Notes under the pieces: model-generated
What the model saw: only the letters and a program-made list of their open reading frames with translations
The model's database searches: none
Told to the model about the DNA's origin: nothing
NCBI GenBank assembly: GCA_030141605.1
Contig: JAQGDQ010000017.1
Coordinates: 496,001 to 560,000 of the forward strand
Direction: 5' to 3'
Length of the DNA stretch: 64,000 nucleotides
Source of the DNA: Tubiluchus corallicola
Taxonomy: Eukaryota; Animalia; Priapulida
Shown: piece after piece, positions 1 through 12,000 of the stretch
Position numbering within the stretch: the first letter of the stretch is position 1
How the letters are laid out: each line of letters opens with the position of its first letter
Position numbers and translations under genes: made by a program

Positions 1-270
1 TTTGAAAGATTTTCGAACCAGTTAAAAGCAGTTTAACGAAGATCAGGCATTTTACAGAGTTTTGTTCTGCAGTAAAAGCATTAATAATTTGTAGAAAATT
101 TGGTACAGAAATCACGGTTAAATTGTGCTAATTCCACGATGTTTCAAAAGTTTTAATGATAAAGAACCTACATGGTTGAATTATTCAAATCTATAACTTT
201 AGGTACGACTCTAATTTGAACAAAAAACTCGTTTGGTGAATCGAATTCGAATGTTTGACGTTTACCCCTA
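1..270. mobile_element. Right end of a non-autonomous DNA transposon-like element (cut by the window edge)
   Basis: Clustered TTCGAA/ATTCGAAT motifs ending in ...cgtttaccccta, typical of TAGGG-ended MITEs. The left end is not visible. Confidence 0.35.
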
Positions 271-564
271 GTAAGAACTATTGTCTGTGAAATAGTTAAG
301 TAAAATACATTTTTGTTGTTTTTAATTTATGAGCTTACAGTTAAACTTGTTTTAATTTTAAATACAAAATAACAATTATGTACTTCCTTTAAAACTGTAT
401 CTTCCTCGTGTTTTGATTTTAAACACAAAATTAAAATGTATAATCGGTGCTTTAAAAATTGTTTGGTATGTGTCACAGTGACGTTTTTATGTGCTAGCTC
501 CCCCCCCCACTTTAGAACCTGGCTATGCTTCTGAAAATTACTCTACACAGATGACTGCAAGATT

Positions 565-1463
565 TTTTTTAAACATCACAAATTTATTAAGAAACATGAT
601 AATAATTGGCAACAGCATAGATAGTCATGTTTGCAAACATTTTTGATATGTACATTAAAACTTAGAAACAAGTATGCAAGCATGTTACAAGAAACTGTCA
701 TCCCTTGATTTTTGCATATCTACATATGAAAGAACTAACAAGAATCTAATGCTATTTTAGCCTGGAGTCATGAAGATAAAGCTACTGCAGTTGTAGGTTA
801 AAAAAATCTGGCATGTCTACGCCCATCAAAGGGACAGAAATAGCTAGTCACTGACAAGAATTCGGTCATTACATAAGTCTTTCTATTATGTGGAGATACA
901 CATCAGTAGACCTGAATTTGAGGTTATGAATATGTAAATACGTTTCTCAATAAACTAAAATAATGTCGCAACTTACTTAACATCACATGGTAGCCAGCGC
1001 TTTTACTACAGTATTGTTGGCATTACATTATTGCAGTACTGATCAAATTATAGTTATTATACAGTTGCAATTAATATTAACAAAGGTAAAACAACTGAAA
1101 AAATAATACAAAACCGCCATTTATGTACATCTGTTTCTCTCAATCATTTACAAATAACTTAAGCGATAAAAACTTGTCATAATATAATATTAGTGTACAC
1201 GTAACAACAGTTGCAATTTATGGTATAAAAAAGTATAAAGATAAACTACAAGAACGTTCATGTCCAAACACGTCAGGACACCTTTATATTTACAAAGTAA
1301 AAAGTGGAAGCATTAAACTTAAAAACTCTAAGAAGCCATTTCAAATGAACAAAGTAAAAAAATTGCATACATGTACAAATAAGTTATGAACTTAATATTG
1401 CATAAAACTTATTGGCATTGCGCAACCAACGGACGGTTGCTGAGAAAACGAGCACAAGGTACC
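565..1463 (-). promoter_or_regulatory. prickle 3'UTR with candidate poly(A) signal and Pumilio elements
   Basis: AU-rich sequence after the stop codon. AATAAA on the minus strand at 583-588. UGUAHAUA at 647-654, 1122-1129 and 1287-1294. The 3' end is inferred. Confidence 0.6.
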
Positions 1464-2777
1464 TCAAGAAATTACACAGTTTTTGCTGCCTCTTTTTGAG
1501 TGATGTCGGTAAGCACCCATGGGTAGTGTTCCGGCTCGAGGGAACCCTTCGGCACCATTAACATAAGAGATTCGAACCCCACCGAGTCCGCCCATACCTC
1601 TTCGTGGAGCAAAGAAGTCATACTCATCAAATTCGCTGTCACTTGAACTGGAGCAAGTGCTGCAAACGCTGAATCTTTCGTCCTCCTCTCCAGGCGTAAC
1701 ATTCATCTCATCGAGTTTATCTGGGACGCTTCCCACAGCTGGGTGGGCAGTTTCGGATGGTGTCTGTTTGTCCGTTTCTGACACATCCGGAAAATAATCG
1801 ATAGAAGTTGGCCGACCTCCAGGAGCACTGCGGCTACGTGGATATGTCCCGGTCTGACAACTTTGACTCACCTGCTGACGCTCTCTATGTTTCGCTCTAT
1901 GACGGCGACGATGTGGCCGTGGTCGAGACGGCTTCGTCTGACACGAGCTTGAGTCGCTCTCGGCCGGAATCGGCTTTTTACCAGTTGGCACGTCCGGGTT
2001 AAATCGGTTCGCATTTGCGTTCAGCACGGCACTGGGGTCAAATCGAACAGTCAAGTTTTTGGCAGAGCTGGAGCTGCTGCGAGAACTCAAGCTGCTCTTT
2101 TTTGGACGCTTATCCAGATCAGGCACAGTTGGCAGCTCCGCATGAAGGTCGGGCATTGAATGCCGTGATAGACGCTTCTGGCCATCGTTCAAACCCGAGG
2201 TTGCTTCATTAGCGAGCAGACTTTCCAAATTAGCATCATCATACGCAACTATAGGGTCCCTGCTTCGAGGGCTGGTAGTCCTGGGGTAGGGCTCACCTAG
2301 CACCGGGGTGGTATCACCACCACTTCCTCGAGGTGGCGGCGGCACAGAACCAGCCTCTGTGTATAACCCCATTGTCACGTGTCGTTGTAATTTATTTCCA
2401 ACTCCAGCACTAGGATCGCTTTTACTGTGTTGTAGTTGTCCGCGACTACACTGTGATGAACAATAGATGGCGCCGTGTTTCGGCAAAAATGGCTGCCCAA
2501 GGAGAATTTTTTTACACGTCTGGCAACAGAAGCAGTGCTCAGTGGCGTGCCAGTGTTGTCCTTCATGTGTCATCTGAGCCTGATCGACACCAATCGGCTC
2601 ACCACAACTATCACAATATTCCGCGAACATACTGTCGTAGCAGCGAAGGCAATATGGGCGACCTTCTTTCATGATGTATCGCTGACCACCCAACTGTTCA
2701 TCGCATTCAAAGCAGGAGAAGTGCTGCATGTGCCAGCTCCGATTCTCAGCCTCCGTGCATTCATCAGCAAAGATAAC
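1464..2777 (-). CDS. pk: prickle last coding exon (LIM2, LIM3, low-complexity tail, CAAX)
   Basis: Acceptor gacag|GTT at 2777. [16 protein letters not shown] continues in frame into the 421-aa ORF (LIM2/LIM3, RHSMPDL, basic [37 protein letters not shown]-stop). Confidence 0.97.
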   Translation of the reverse strand, partial: VIFADECTEAENRSWHMQHFSCFECDEQLGGQRYIMKEGRPYCLRCYDSMFAEYCDSCGEPIGVDQAQMTHEGQHWHATEHCFCCQTCKKILLGQPFLPKHGAIYCSSQCSRGQLQHSKSDPSAGVGNKLQRHVTMGLYTEAGSVPPPPRGSGGDTTPVLGEPYPRTTSPRSRDPIVAYDDANLESLLANEATSGLNDGQKRLSRHSMPDLHAELPTVPDLDKRPKKSSLSSRSSSSSAKNLTVRFDPSAVLNANANRFNPDVPTGKKPIPAESDSSSCQTKPSRPRPHRRRHRAKHRERQQVSQSCQTGTYPRSRSAPGGRPTSIDYFPDVSETDKQTPSETAHPAVGSVPDKLDEMNVTPGEEDERFSVCSTCSSSSDSEFDEYDFFAPRRGMGGLGGVRISYVNGAEGFPRAGTLPMGAYRHHSKRGSKNCVIS

Positions 2778-2802
2778 CTGTCATGCAAAACACAAAATTA
2801 AC

Positions 2803-3001
2803 ACTGTTCGAGATAAGGGAGGTAATTTCAATCAGAATCTTTAAGAATTGTAATGGAAATTCGGTTTAAGTTATGCGATAATTAGAGTTACAGGTTTCGA
2901 GTTACACGATGTTTGTTAAAGGGAAGAAACAAAAGGGAAAATCCGTTCCACAAGATCTGTTCGAGATTTGCAAGAATTCGAGTTATACGTAGTCTACTGT
3001 A
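2803..3001. mobile_element. Tc1-mariner/pogo-type MITE fragment (one end)
   Basis: About five TTCGAG(A/T)T(A/T)-like subterminal repeats ending ...agtctactg|TA. No partner TIR found. Confidence 0.45.
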
Positions 3002-3379
3002 TCACATTCATAATCACTGATACACATAAAAGAAAATCAAACCACATCAGGAAGGCTGATAAATAACAAAAGCATTCAACAAAGCCCTCAAAATAATAGC
3101 AAAGATTTATGTATATATATACAGAATGAGTAGACACATAGGCCATTTTTGCTACGACAAATAAAGCTATGAGGTAATACAGAAACAGGCATTACAGCAA
3201 AAATCACCAAACTATTAACAGTAATTATTGTACATATTTGTCACAGAAAACTGAAAATGTGCTAAAAGGCGATGAGAATATTTGTGCAAGTTTTAAATGA
3301 AGCACCTAGGAAAACTTCAACGCTTGAATTATATTAAGACGCGTATGATCATGCTAGTATTTATTTGCCAAATACGCAC

Positions 3380-3583
3380 CTCATCACAAGCCGCACATCG
3401 AGGTTTCAAACTCTCCGCGTGGTGGCGTCCGCAGTACAACTTGCCGTCTTTGTAGAAGTAAATGAGGTCCACAAGAAGCTCCTCGCACACATTGCAGATG
3501 AAACAAGCTGGGTGCCAGCAGAAAGACGCACCCGCCCTTGATGCGAACACCCCCATGTCTCCACCCTGAACTGGACATTCACA
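3380..3583 (-). CDS. pk: prickle coding exon 5 (LIM1, start of LIM2)
   Basis: 204 nt, ttttttctttcag|TGT...GAG|gtgcgt. Translates [68 protein letters not shown]. Confidence 0.97.
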
Positions 3584-4335
3584 CTGAAAGAAAAAAAGAG
3601 GTTGAAATGTGGTTTAAAAAGCAAAACTCTAAAGCTCAGTTAGAAAAAGTTACAATACTCCAATAGATTAAATGCAGTACCTACAGCAAGTTAGTGTAAA
3701 CGTAGTTTTATTGTAATATTACAGAAATTACAATATGGCTTGAACAAGACAGTTTTACATCTGATAGACGGAATGAAACGTAACACTTAGAAGAGTGAAA
3801 AAAATAAACGAACAGTAGAAGCATTACAGTATGACTACTAGTAGTACAGATACAAACATGGCATAATATTGAGAATAACAATAATATTACTATGTAAACA
3901 ATTTAAACGAATACAATGGTTAGAAGTGCTTAGAAAAACAAATTTCTGTACAAGCTGAAATACTTGAATATTAACAGTTGTATTTACATGTTGATTGCCA
4001 TGAAGAAGCAGACAAACGAGTTCATTTGTTGACAGATTATAAATTCTAATATTATAAGGAATTAACAAAGTACAGAGTTTGTTTAGTAAGATATCTCGAG
4101 GCAGCTAACGATTTCAAAAGAGGCGCCGCGTCTACAGGTAGGTACAACAGGGGTTCCATGATAATTTTTACATCCCCGTTGGTTCAGGTCGAAGGTAGAA
4201 TAGGTTAGATTCAAACTTAACGCTGCGTCACAGGCATGGTTTATAGTCTGTATTAACGTAGTTATAGCTTTATTTTGGCCACATGCCAAAAATCAACAAA
4301 GGTATCTTATCTTATAACAGTGACATACCCTACAT

Positions 4336-4813
4336 CAGGGGTGTGCAAATTGCGGCCGGCCGAGAGAATTTGTGCGGCCCGCAAAGAGATTTGTCAACCT
4401 AATGAAAGTGCGGCCCGGGCGATTGAGTGTATCCAACTGAAGTCCGTGCCACGATCCCAAAGATAGTGCAGGTAGTTTTTTCTGCTAGATCGGATGCCAT
4501 TAACCCTTACAAGACGGTTGCAGCTTAATGTCACTGTACTACACAGACTGTGTGACACACATTACTAATACGCATTGTAATGAAATTACCACTATCTGTC
4601 CTGAAAGTAGAAATATATGGTTTGTAATATAAATTTTAATAACTTCTAAAATAGTTCCTTGAGTGCAGTAGTAATGATGTACGCAGGTCGGATGCAAAAA
4701 AATCCTTATTAGGCCTTTCTGTACTTGGCTCCTTGATCAAACTGCCTGTGGCCCGCAGGAATTGCGGGAAAGTTTAATGTGGCCCGGCTAGTCAGATAAT
4801 TTGCACACCCCTG
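4336..4813. mobile_element. hAT (Buster/Charlie-type) MITE, 478 bp, intact ends
   Basis: Perfect 16-bp TIR CAGGGGTGTGCAAATT/AATTTGCACACCCCTG. Perfect 8-bp TSD CCCTACAT (4328-4335 and 4814-4821) with central TA. GCGGCCC subterminal motifs. Confidence 0.93.
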
Positions 4814-5785
4814 CCCTACATGCAAGTAACATAATGTCTAGTATAGTAAGTGGTTTCACTTTGAACTAACTAAGCCAAACCTCAACATTCTGAGGAATCC
4901 TTCACTGACAGTGACATAGACCAGACATATAGGTAATGCAGGGTAGTAGAGTGTCAAGCAACTTCAACCAGAGAGTACAATATATTTGTAGAAAATCAAG
5001 AAGTTTTTTCACAACAGAGACAGCTTAAAAACGCCATCATGTTGCGGAACAAGGCCAGGAATAGTGCATCAAGAACGGAACAAGTATTTCGAAATGTTCC
5101 CAGAAGGTCACTTAGACATATGAGCAAATATGTTGAGATCGGTCGAGTTGGCCTAGTTGAGAATGTCTCGGGAACAAAACAAAGAAAAGAAAAAGCCCTA
5201 AATGGCATGCAACATTGATTTCAAATTTTCCAAATTCTTCTGAAAAAACTTACACTATGAGGTATAGATGGGTGAGATTCCTCAATGTACAATTATGGAT
5301 GTTATAGATATGATATCCATACACCCTTGTCCAATTCACAAATGGTTTTATTATGGATCTCTTTAGTTTACTGTACAGTAAGTAGATTGGGATGCTATGC
5401 GCATTCAGCACATGTGACTCAGACTGCAGTGGAATTTCATTAGAATCTCGTCAGACAAGGTTTTCACATAATTCGCAAACAAAAATTGAATTAGCATAGT
5501 TTGCCGAGGCAGTTTATCTCGCCTGACCGACAGTTTTGAAGCAATTTTACGGTTGCGCAGCACAATTTATCTCGGCCAGCATGATTCATAGCCATAAAAA
5601 GCGTGGACTAGAAATTGGAGGTCAGAAAATGTATAAAACTGGCTTCCTAGTGTGAACTATCCATTATAGGTCAGCTTGTGTACAATACTGGCTTTCTAGT
5701 GTGAACTACGGCAGTTTTCAATACATGAGAAGACTTTTATTTATAATTATAGTTAACGTTACAAGAGATAATCGGATTAACGTAC

Positions 5786-5868
5786 ACAATTATAAATAAG
5801 ACAAAGTGCCCTTTAAATCCCAAAATGTTTTTGAAATTTAATGGGCACTTTGCCTTCTTTATGATTAT
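5786..5868 (-). other. Intronic 40-bp-arm hairpin (pri-miRNA-like or MITE remnant)
   Basis: On the prickle-sense strand there are 33 Watson-Crick pairs, 4 G-U pairs, 3 mismatches and a 3-nt loop (manual count). Confidence 0.6.
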
Positions 5869-5966
5869 CACCATGGCAGGTTCCAGAGGAGTTATTTTCA
5901 CACACAATTATACATACATTACACAATGTTATTTGTGTAATATAGATCCTTATATCCTTCAAAAAC

Positions 5967-5967
5967 A

Positions 5968-6043
<76 letters not shown>

Positions 6044-6044
6044 T
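5967..6044. repeat. Compound self-complementary microsatellite (CT)n(AT)n(AG)n
   Basis: Directly visible. Confidence 0.95.
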
Positions 6045-6358
6045 AATCGAATCGTAAATGAAAATATGTCACTAAACAATCTTTACTATAAAGAGGTCTG
6101 TGGAAAGTGAAGATGTTGTCGTTCTTCTTCGTCTAATATATTTTTGGTCTATCGTGAAATCATATAAAACTTTTGCTTGTTGAATGAATGTAACTGTAGT
6201 ATAATATATATGCCAATAATAAATTGTATCAATTATAATAATACTGCCAGCAGAATTCCATCGACTGCCAAGTCAGATTTGCAATATTGAATCACATTTT
6301 TATTTTTAAGCTAAACGTATTATAGTTTACTGAAGACCAGCTTTTACACTACGTAGTC

Positions 6359-6768
6359 CAGGGGCGGATACATGTTTTAGAACAACGGTGGGCCCGACAG
6401 AAAAGCAGTTAGGGGGTCTGGGGGAGCGGTGTAAGCTCGCAAGCGAGGTACACCCAGACAACAATACATTTTACTGCCTTCCAGAAGCCATTTCCTCAAG
6501 GAAGCTCACTAATTTAGAACAGGTATCACCTCACCTTTGACTCAAAATTACCAATATATTCATATACACTAATCAGCAAACATGATGCATATAACTTTCA
6601 TCTGCTTTCTAATGATATATGATTTTTATAGATATAAGGCACCTTTAGGATTTAGCAAATCGTTGTAATGCTTATAGTTCAGAGAAAATATTAATTTGGT
6701 GTGTTGTAACTGTTATTGTGAAAGGAAGGGCCCAGGTCTCTTGGCCCCACCCCCTAAATCCGCCAATG
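6359..6768. mobile_element. Degenerate non-autonomous DNA transposon (CAGGGGCGGAT-type ends)
   Basis: Imperfect TIR CAGGGGCGGAT / ATCCGCCAATG and an internal GGGGGTCTGGGGGAGCG..TAAGCTC motif common in such MITEs. No clean TSD. Confidence 0.5.
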
Positions 6769-8769
6769 CGTACATGTATTTCCTATCTTTTTTGTATACA
6801 CAGGTACACAATGCTTTCTACGAATGTACAGAAAAAAGAAAGAACACAATGTATACAATGTAAAAACTGTTCTTCAATTTTCTACACATGTATTATAACA
6901 TAAAAATGAAAAAGTGATGCAATGTTACACAATACGTAACAAATTCCTCGACCCAAAAGGATAATACAAAATTGAAGTAATTTTCCTCTCTGTTATGAGC
7001 AATCTATTCAACTCAATGCACCTTTCACCTGAGATTTTGTCATTTCTCATTGCAATTATGCCTACCTAATACAGGTAATGTTTACATAAACCTTCAAAAA
7101 CATGCAGCAAATTACAGGTGTATTGTGAACCGGTGGGTCACACGGGGAAGAGGGTTTGGCATGGGGCAGAATGGTGTTTGAATGGCGGCGTTGTGTGTTG
7201 ATACAGCTACAAGTTTCTCTCTAATTTGTGGTTTGGATTGGTAGCTTAGATTACCTCTTCTCACGCAATGTTTTTACTTATGTGAGAGGTTAGTAGGAGC
7301 AGAGGGCAGCTTGGTAAGAACTGTTACTTGCTTATCTCAGTGGCGTCCTACTGGTCATAACAATGTTACAGTAGAGATCAAGAATTAAGAAAAAACTTAG
7401 CGCCCACAGTGTTCGTTAGTTTAAATAAGTTATTAAAGGTTAAGCTTAAAATGGCAATAACATTTCAATTTAACGATTTTACAATAATTATTTCATTAAA
7501 ATTATACTAAATTTTGAATGCAATCATTCCTTTCTACAGTAAGTAATTAGAGCGTCGACAATAATTTTTCTGTTGCACTTTACGTAAATTCATTCAAGTC
7601 GGATAAATTTATCACATATTTATCAACGATAAAGTAAGTTCCGGAACGTTGATCTACGTGTATCAAACAATTTCGTATAAATAATGTGTCATATTCGCTT
7701 AATTTCTTTTATCAACAACAACTCTAAGCGTGAAATTACTGAAAACATCTTGAATCTAGTGTCAACTAACCACTTTGACAAAGGCATTCATCACTATGAT
7801 TGCACAGATGAATACAATGTCTAGTAGGTTCTCCCTTAATCTTCATATATGATTGTTAGTCTACACGCACAAAGCAGCAAAGTCGTCTCTTGTAAGCAAA
7901 GAGGTCCTTCAGAATTCGAGTGCCATCAAAGGAATAAGTCACACTGACACAGTGAATAACTTCTCAGACAATAGTAAGGGCTGGAACAATGACGGATTTC
8001 TGTTAGAAATTGTTTAATAGACAAGAATTATGAATAAGTCCACGTTAGGCACTTGCTGTTGGAGACAAGTACTTTAGTAAAACAGGATCGTCTAAAAAAT
8101 TATTAAAAACTTGGCGTGACCGTTGCTTTATAGTTGCCGTACTTATAAATAAAATTTTGGAAAATATAGCAAGAAACAAAAGCTTTTGTCCAATCAAGCA
8201 AACAGGAAAAATTCAAATGTAACTTAATTTCTGTTCACGTTAACAAATTATTTATCTGTCTGTCTGTCACATGGTTCTGTAAGTATGTAATAAAGCGGGA
8301 TGATTCATATATTGACACAAGCCATTGAAGACAAGTAAAGGAATAGGACTTATTACCCACAGCAAACACAGCCGTACGTTCAGATGACCCATAGAAAACA
8401 GAACAACCGATTGTGAAGCCAGAATTCAAATATTTCGTAGCACACAGGTTTGTTTTCTGCAAAATAATGACGTACAATTTTTCTTAGCAAACTATGTCTA
8501 CGCAGTTTAATTAGTTTATAATTCAAAAACATTTTGTATGAGCCTGAGACACCCCTCCCCCACCCACACACATTTTCTTCACAAGCAGTGCATGTAATTT
8601 TCTAAGTTGTGCCACAAGTGGTTTCATTTTAAGGTCTAATAATGTCAGCAAGCTTCAAATAAACTCGTTCCGCTGAACGAAAATGGCCACGTTTCCAAAA
8701 CATCATAAATCCAATGAAACAAAGTTCCGCCACGATGAAAATATTTCATATTATTAAGAGGAAACGTCT

Positions 8770-8803
<34 letters not shown>

Positions 8804-11800
8804 TCATACGCTTGCGTTTATTAATGCATTCCAGAAATTAAGATACATGTACACGTATATGCATTTTTCCTACGCTCTCAGTGACTGCTTCTCATTGACG
8901 TTTTTTATCCTGGTTCTCATAGTTCAGAAATTAATAAAGAGAATGACAACGGAAACAATCAAGAATTAGAATTAGAAACACGCAGAGTCAGTGTTGTTAG
9001 TGCAAAAAACTGAGTCACAAAATCAGTAACCCAGACCCAATGTGACCCACCACTATTATAGTGAAAAACATCTAGATAAAGCTAATTTGTATTGACCCGA
9101 TAATAAATCTGCAAGGCAGTACTATTTCAAAAATTTGCACCTAACCCAAAGAAACACTAAAATTAATTTACTCGGTACAAAAAAAGACTAATATGATATG
9201 GTTTTGGAAGAGAATGTCCTTCAAGCTAGGTCATTCTTCAAGTCTTCAATGTCTTGCCTTCTCTGTGTTTGGCAGTGTGCTGATTTTGAACTGGGAAACA
9301 TTTCAAACATTTAGAAAACAACCCGCAAAACACAAACCAGACATGCTGGTGTTAAGCTAACATTTGTGTTTTTTGCACGGAAGGACCTTGTTCCGCGCTT
9401 AGTTCAAAATAAAACGCATCGAAATGAATTTGCAGAGAATTCTGACACGGTGTGACGCACTTAATACTTCCACTTCAAGAAACAAGAATGATGAACCAAA
9501 TGAAATGCAAAAAATGATAAATAAAGTTATAATATAATATAGTATGATATAATATTAAACTGTGTTCAGACGTTCCGCGCATGCTATAAATTGCAATATT
9601 AATCAAAATAAGTATGTAAGTCTCACACATTTAACTGTACACTAAAATTTGAATCGAGAAATTGCTATGTTTCATGTAGAATTATGGATTAGAAGCATAT
9701 TTTATCAACATGGTCTTTTGTAAAGTATAGTATTACGCAGTATAGGTCTATTCAAATTCAATACTTGCACGAATGATGAGGGATAATCAGTCATTGTTTG
9801 ACAATCCCTTCCCAAACATGGCTGTATGTGCATTTGTAGTTTAATCGCGTGTGGTTGCCTGAACATATCTATTCCATTAGCTATGTAGCTCAGTGGTGTC
9901 TTACTCACAAAGCAGGCAGTGCTCTAGAGCATGTGTCCTACGCTATTGCTATCACACGTTTATGTACAGTGCATGGCTTCCTTTCTTCATGACGACTTCA
10001 ATGGTTTTATTCAGTGGCTAAATGCAAATAAACGTATATCTAGAACCACAAGCTAATAAGAACTTCCGACTACTATTTCTACGCACAGCATCGGCTAATT
10101 ATATACGGTTTTACAGATAGTAACTGACTAAGTATTTTTGTTTTAAATTAACCCTACTGACCGTGGGAACTATCTATCGCCTTAGCTTTTGTCAGTGTAT
10201 ATGTAATTTTTGCAATTCTGTAAACTGTCTATCGATATGAATCTGTGGTGAAATAAAATCTGATTTACTTACTAAATAAATAATTACGTTAAAAAGCATT
10301 GTCAAATCTTTAAACATGCACACACCCATTAATGAGACAAATGATTTTATACAGGCTGTAGTTTTCCTTTCAGTTGTATTACCATCATCCAATCCGAACT
10401 TTCTTTTCACAAATTGCCATGACTCAGCCACAGGGCTCTCAAGTCTGAACTCATTACGTAACCGATCTCTCTAGTAATATTAAATCGATTGTGTGTGTGT
10501 TACTGTGTACAATGTACATGGCTTGTGTTCTGGTTCGTGTTGGTAGTCAGACGTTTTACGCTTCGGTCTGACAATATCGTAAAATGATTGTAAAGCTGCA
10601 ACTGCAAATACATTCGTATGGTCGCAAATGTAATTGCGCTGAAACTGAAAATACTGGTAATGGACGTTGCACATGGACAAAACGACAGAGGATGAAACGG
10701 CCATACGGCCAGCGAACATAAAGCCCCGCAAGTGAACTGATGAACCAAATGCCACCGTGTAAAATGAGATGGTGGCCCAAGAAAGATAGCACATGTACTA
10801 ATTTTAATCCCATATAAAGGTAATATATATATACATATATACATAACCTCTATGTAGTAATGATGCCTCCATTGTTTTTGCATACCTTTAAATAATGAGA
10901 AAGGGGCCTCTTAAGTCGTATAATAGACGTAGGCTTACATGATGAGTAATTCTTTCAATTAATTTCGTTCACCGTAATTTTTCGTTCACCCAAGTGTAAA
11001 TCAAACAGCGAATCCATTTATTTTAAACTGACACGTATACATCTGCATCTTGTACATTTTTAATTTTGCTGTATTTCTCATAGGGAAATTAAATAGATTC
11101 GTGTTGTACTTTTTCTGGTTGCTCCTCGGTGAAACTAGTTCTTAATTCACAATCATCATGCACAGTGCTAATAAAACAAATCAATCTTGTAACGATTTGA
11201 ACGTCCAATCTGCGTACAATCAACATGAATTAATACCCTAAACGATAGTGAAAAGCTCTGCTCTTAGGAGCCAATTATCAGGAACCTGCTGACGTGACTC
11301 ACACTGAGCCCTCCTTGTAATTCTCTTTTATATCTCATGCACATCTCAATACGTGCAAACATGAACTGATAAAGACGAGCCAATTCTCTCTCTCTATCTC
11401 TCTGTGTGCGTGTAATTGTGTATGGCTTCATTAGAAATTCAATGTGAGTAGCACGGCTCTCCCTTCGCGATCCAGGGGATTCATACATACGAATCAGGTG
11501 CGATGAGTCACGTTGTCCTTTCTTCCCTTCCAGGGAAACTTGGCTTCTCTTGTCTTTTTACCAGTCCTTGACATGCAGCATTTGAACACCTCTTGGCTGA
11601 AATACAATGCCGCGGAACAGGCAGTGCAATTCTTACAGTCTTTTTGTTTCTTTTAGCAATAGTTCGTTTTTTACTAGTTTTATGTGCAGCAAGGATTCCG
11701 TTGTCCATTCTTGGATAGTTGTAAAAGAGCTTGTACGCATAATTTAAAATGCGCTGGTCTAGTAAGTACTCGTCTAAACTCATAAAATTAGGTGGTTCAA

Positions 11801-11844
11801 TGCCAAATTAACGAACCTTTTTGGTTGAGGTATTCCACGTCTAA

Positions 11845-12000
11845 GACCAGACTGTTTAGTCTACAGGTAACGCGTCCGCTTTCCGTCTGGGAGGTCATGA
11901 GTTCGATACGACGGCCGGTAATACTAAACACCTTAAAAATGGTACATTACTGCTGTTCTGGCTGGCGCGCGGTATTTAGATAAGAAAGTGGGATAATAAT
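11845..12000 (+). mobile_element. tRNA-derived SINE relic
   Basis: A-box-like TAGTCTACAGG (~11858) and B-box-like GAGTTCGATAC (11899-11909) at tRNA spacing, followed by a SINE-like body (TAAAAATGGTAC...CTGGCGCGCGG). No intact cloverleaf. Confidence 0.6.

Noticed and set aside
1472-2801. Several overlapping short ORFs within the last prickle exon
   Set aside because: Antisense or alternate-frame shadows of a GC-richer coding exon, with no recognisable motifs.
7119-7370. Possible solo LTR (TG...CA with weak terminal inversion)
   Set aside because: No TSD, and the ends are ambiguous.
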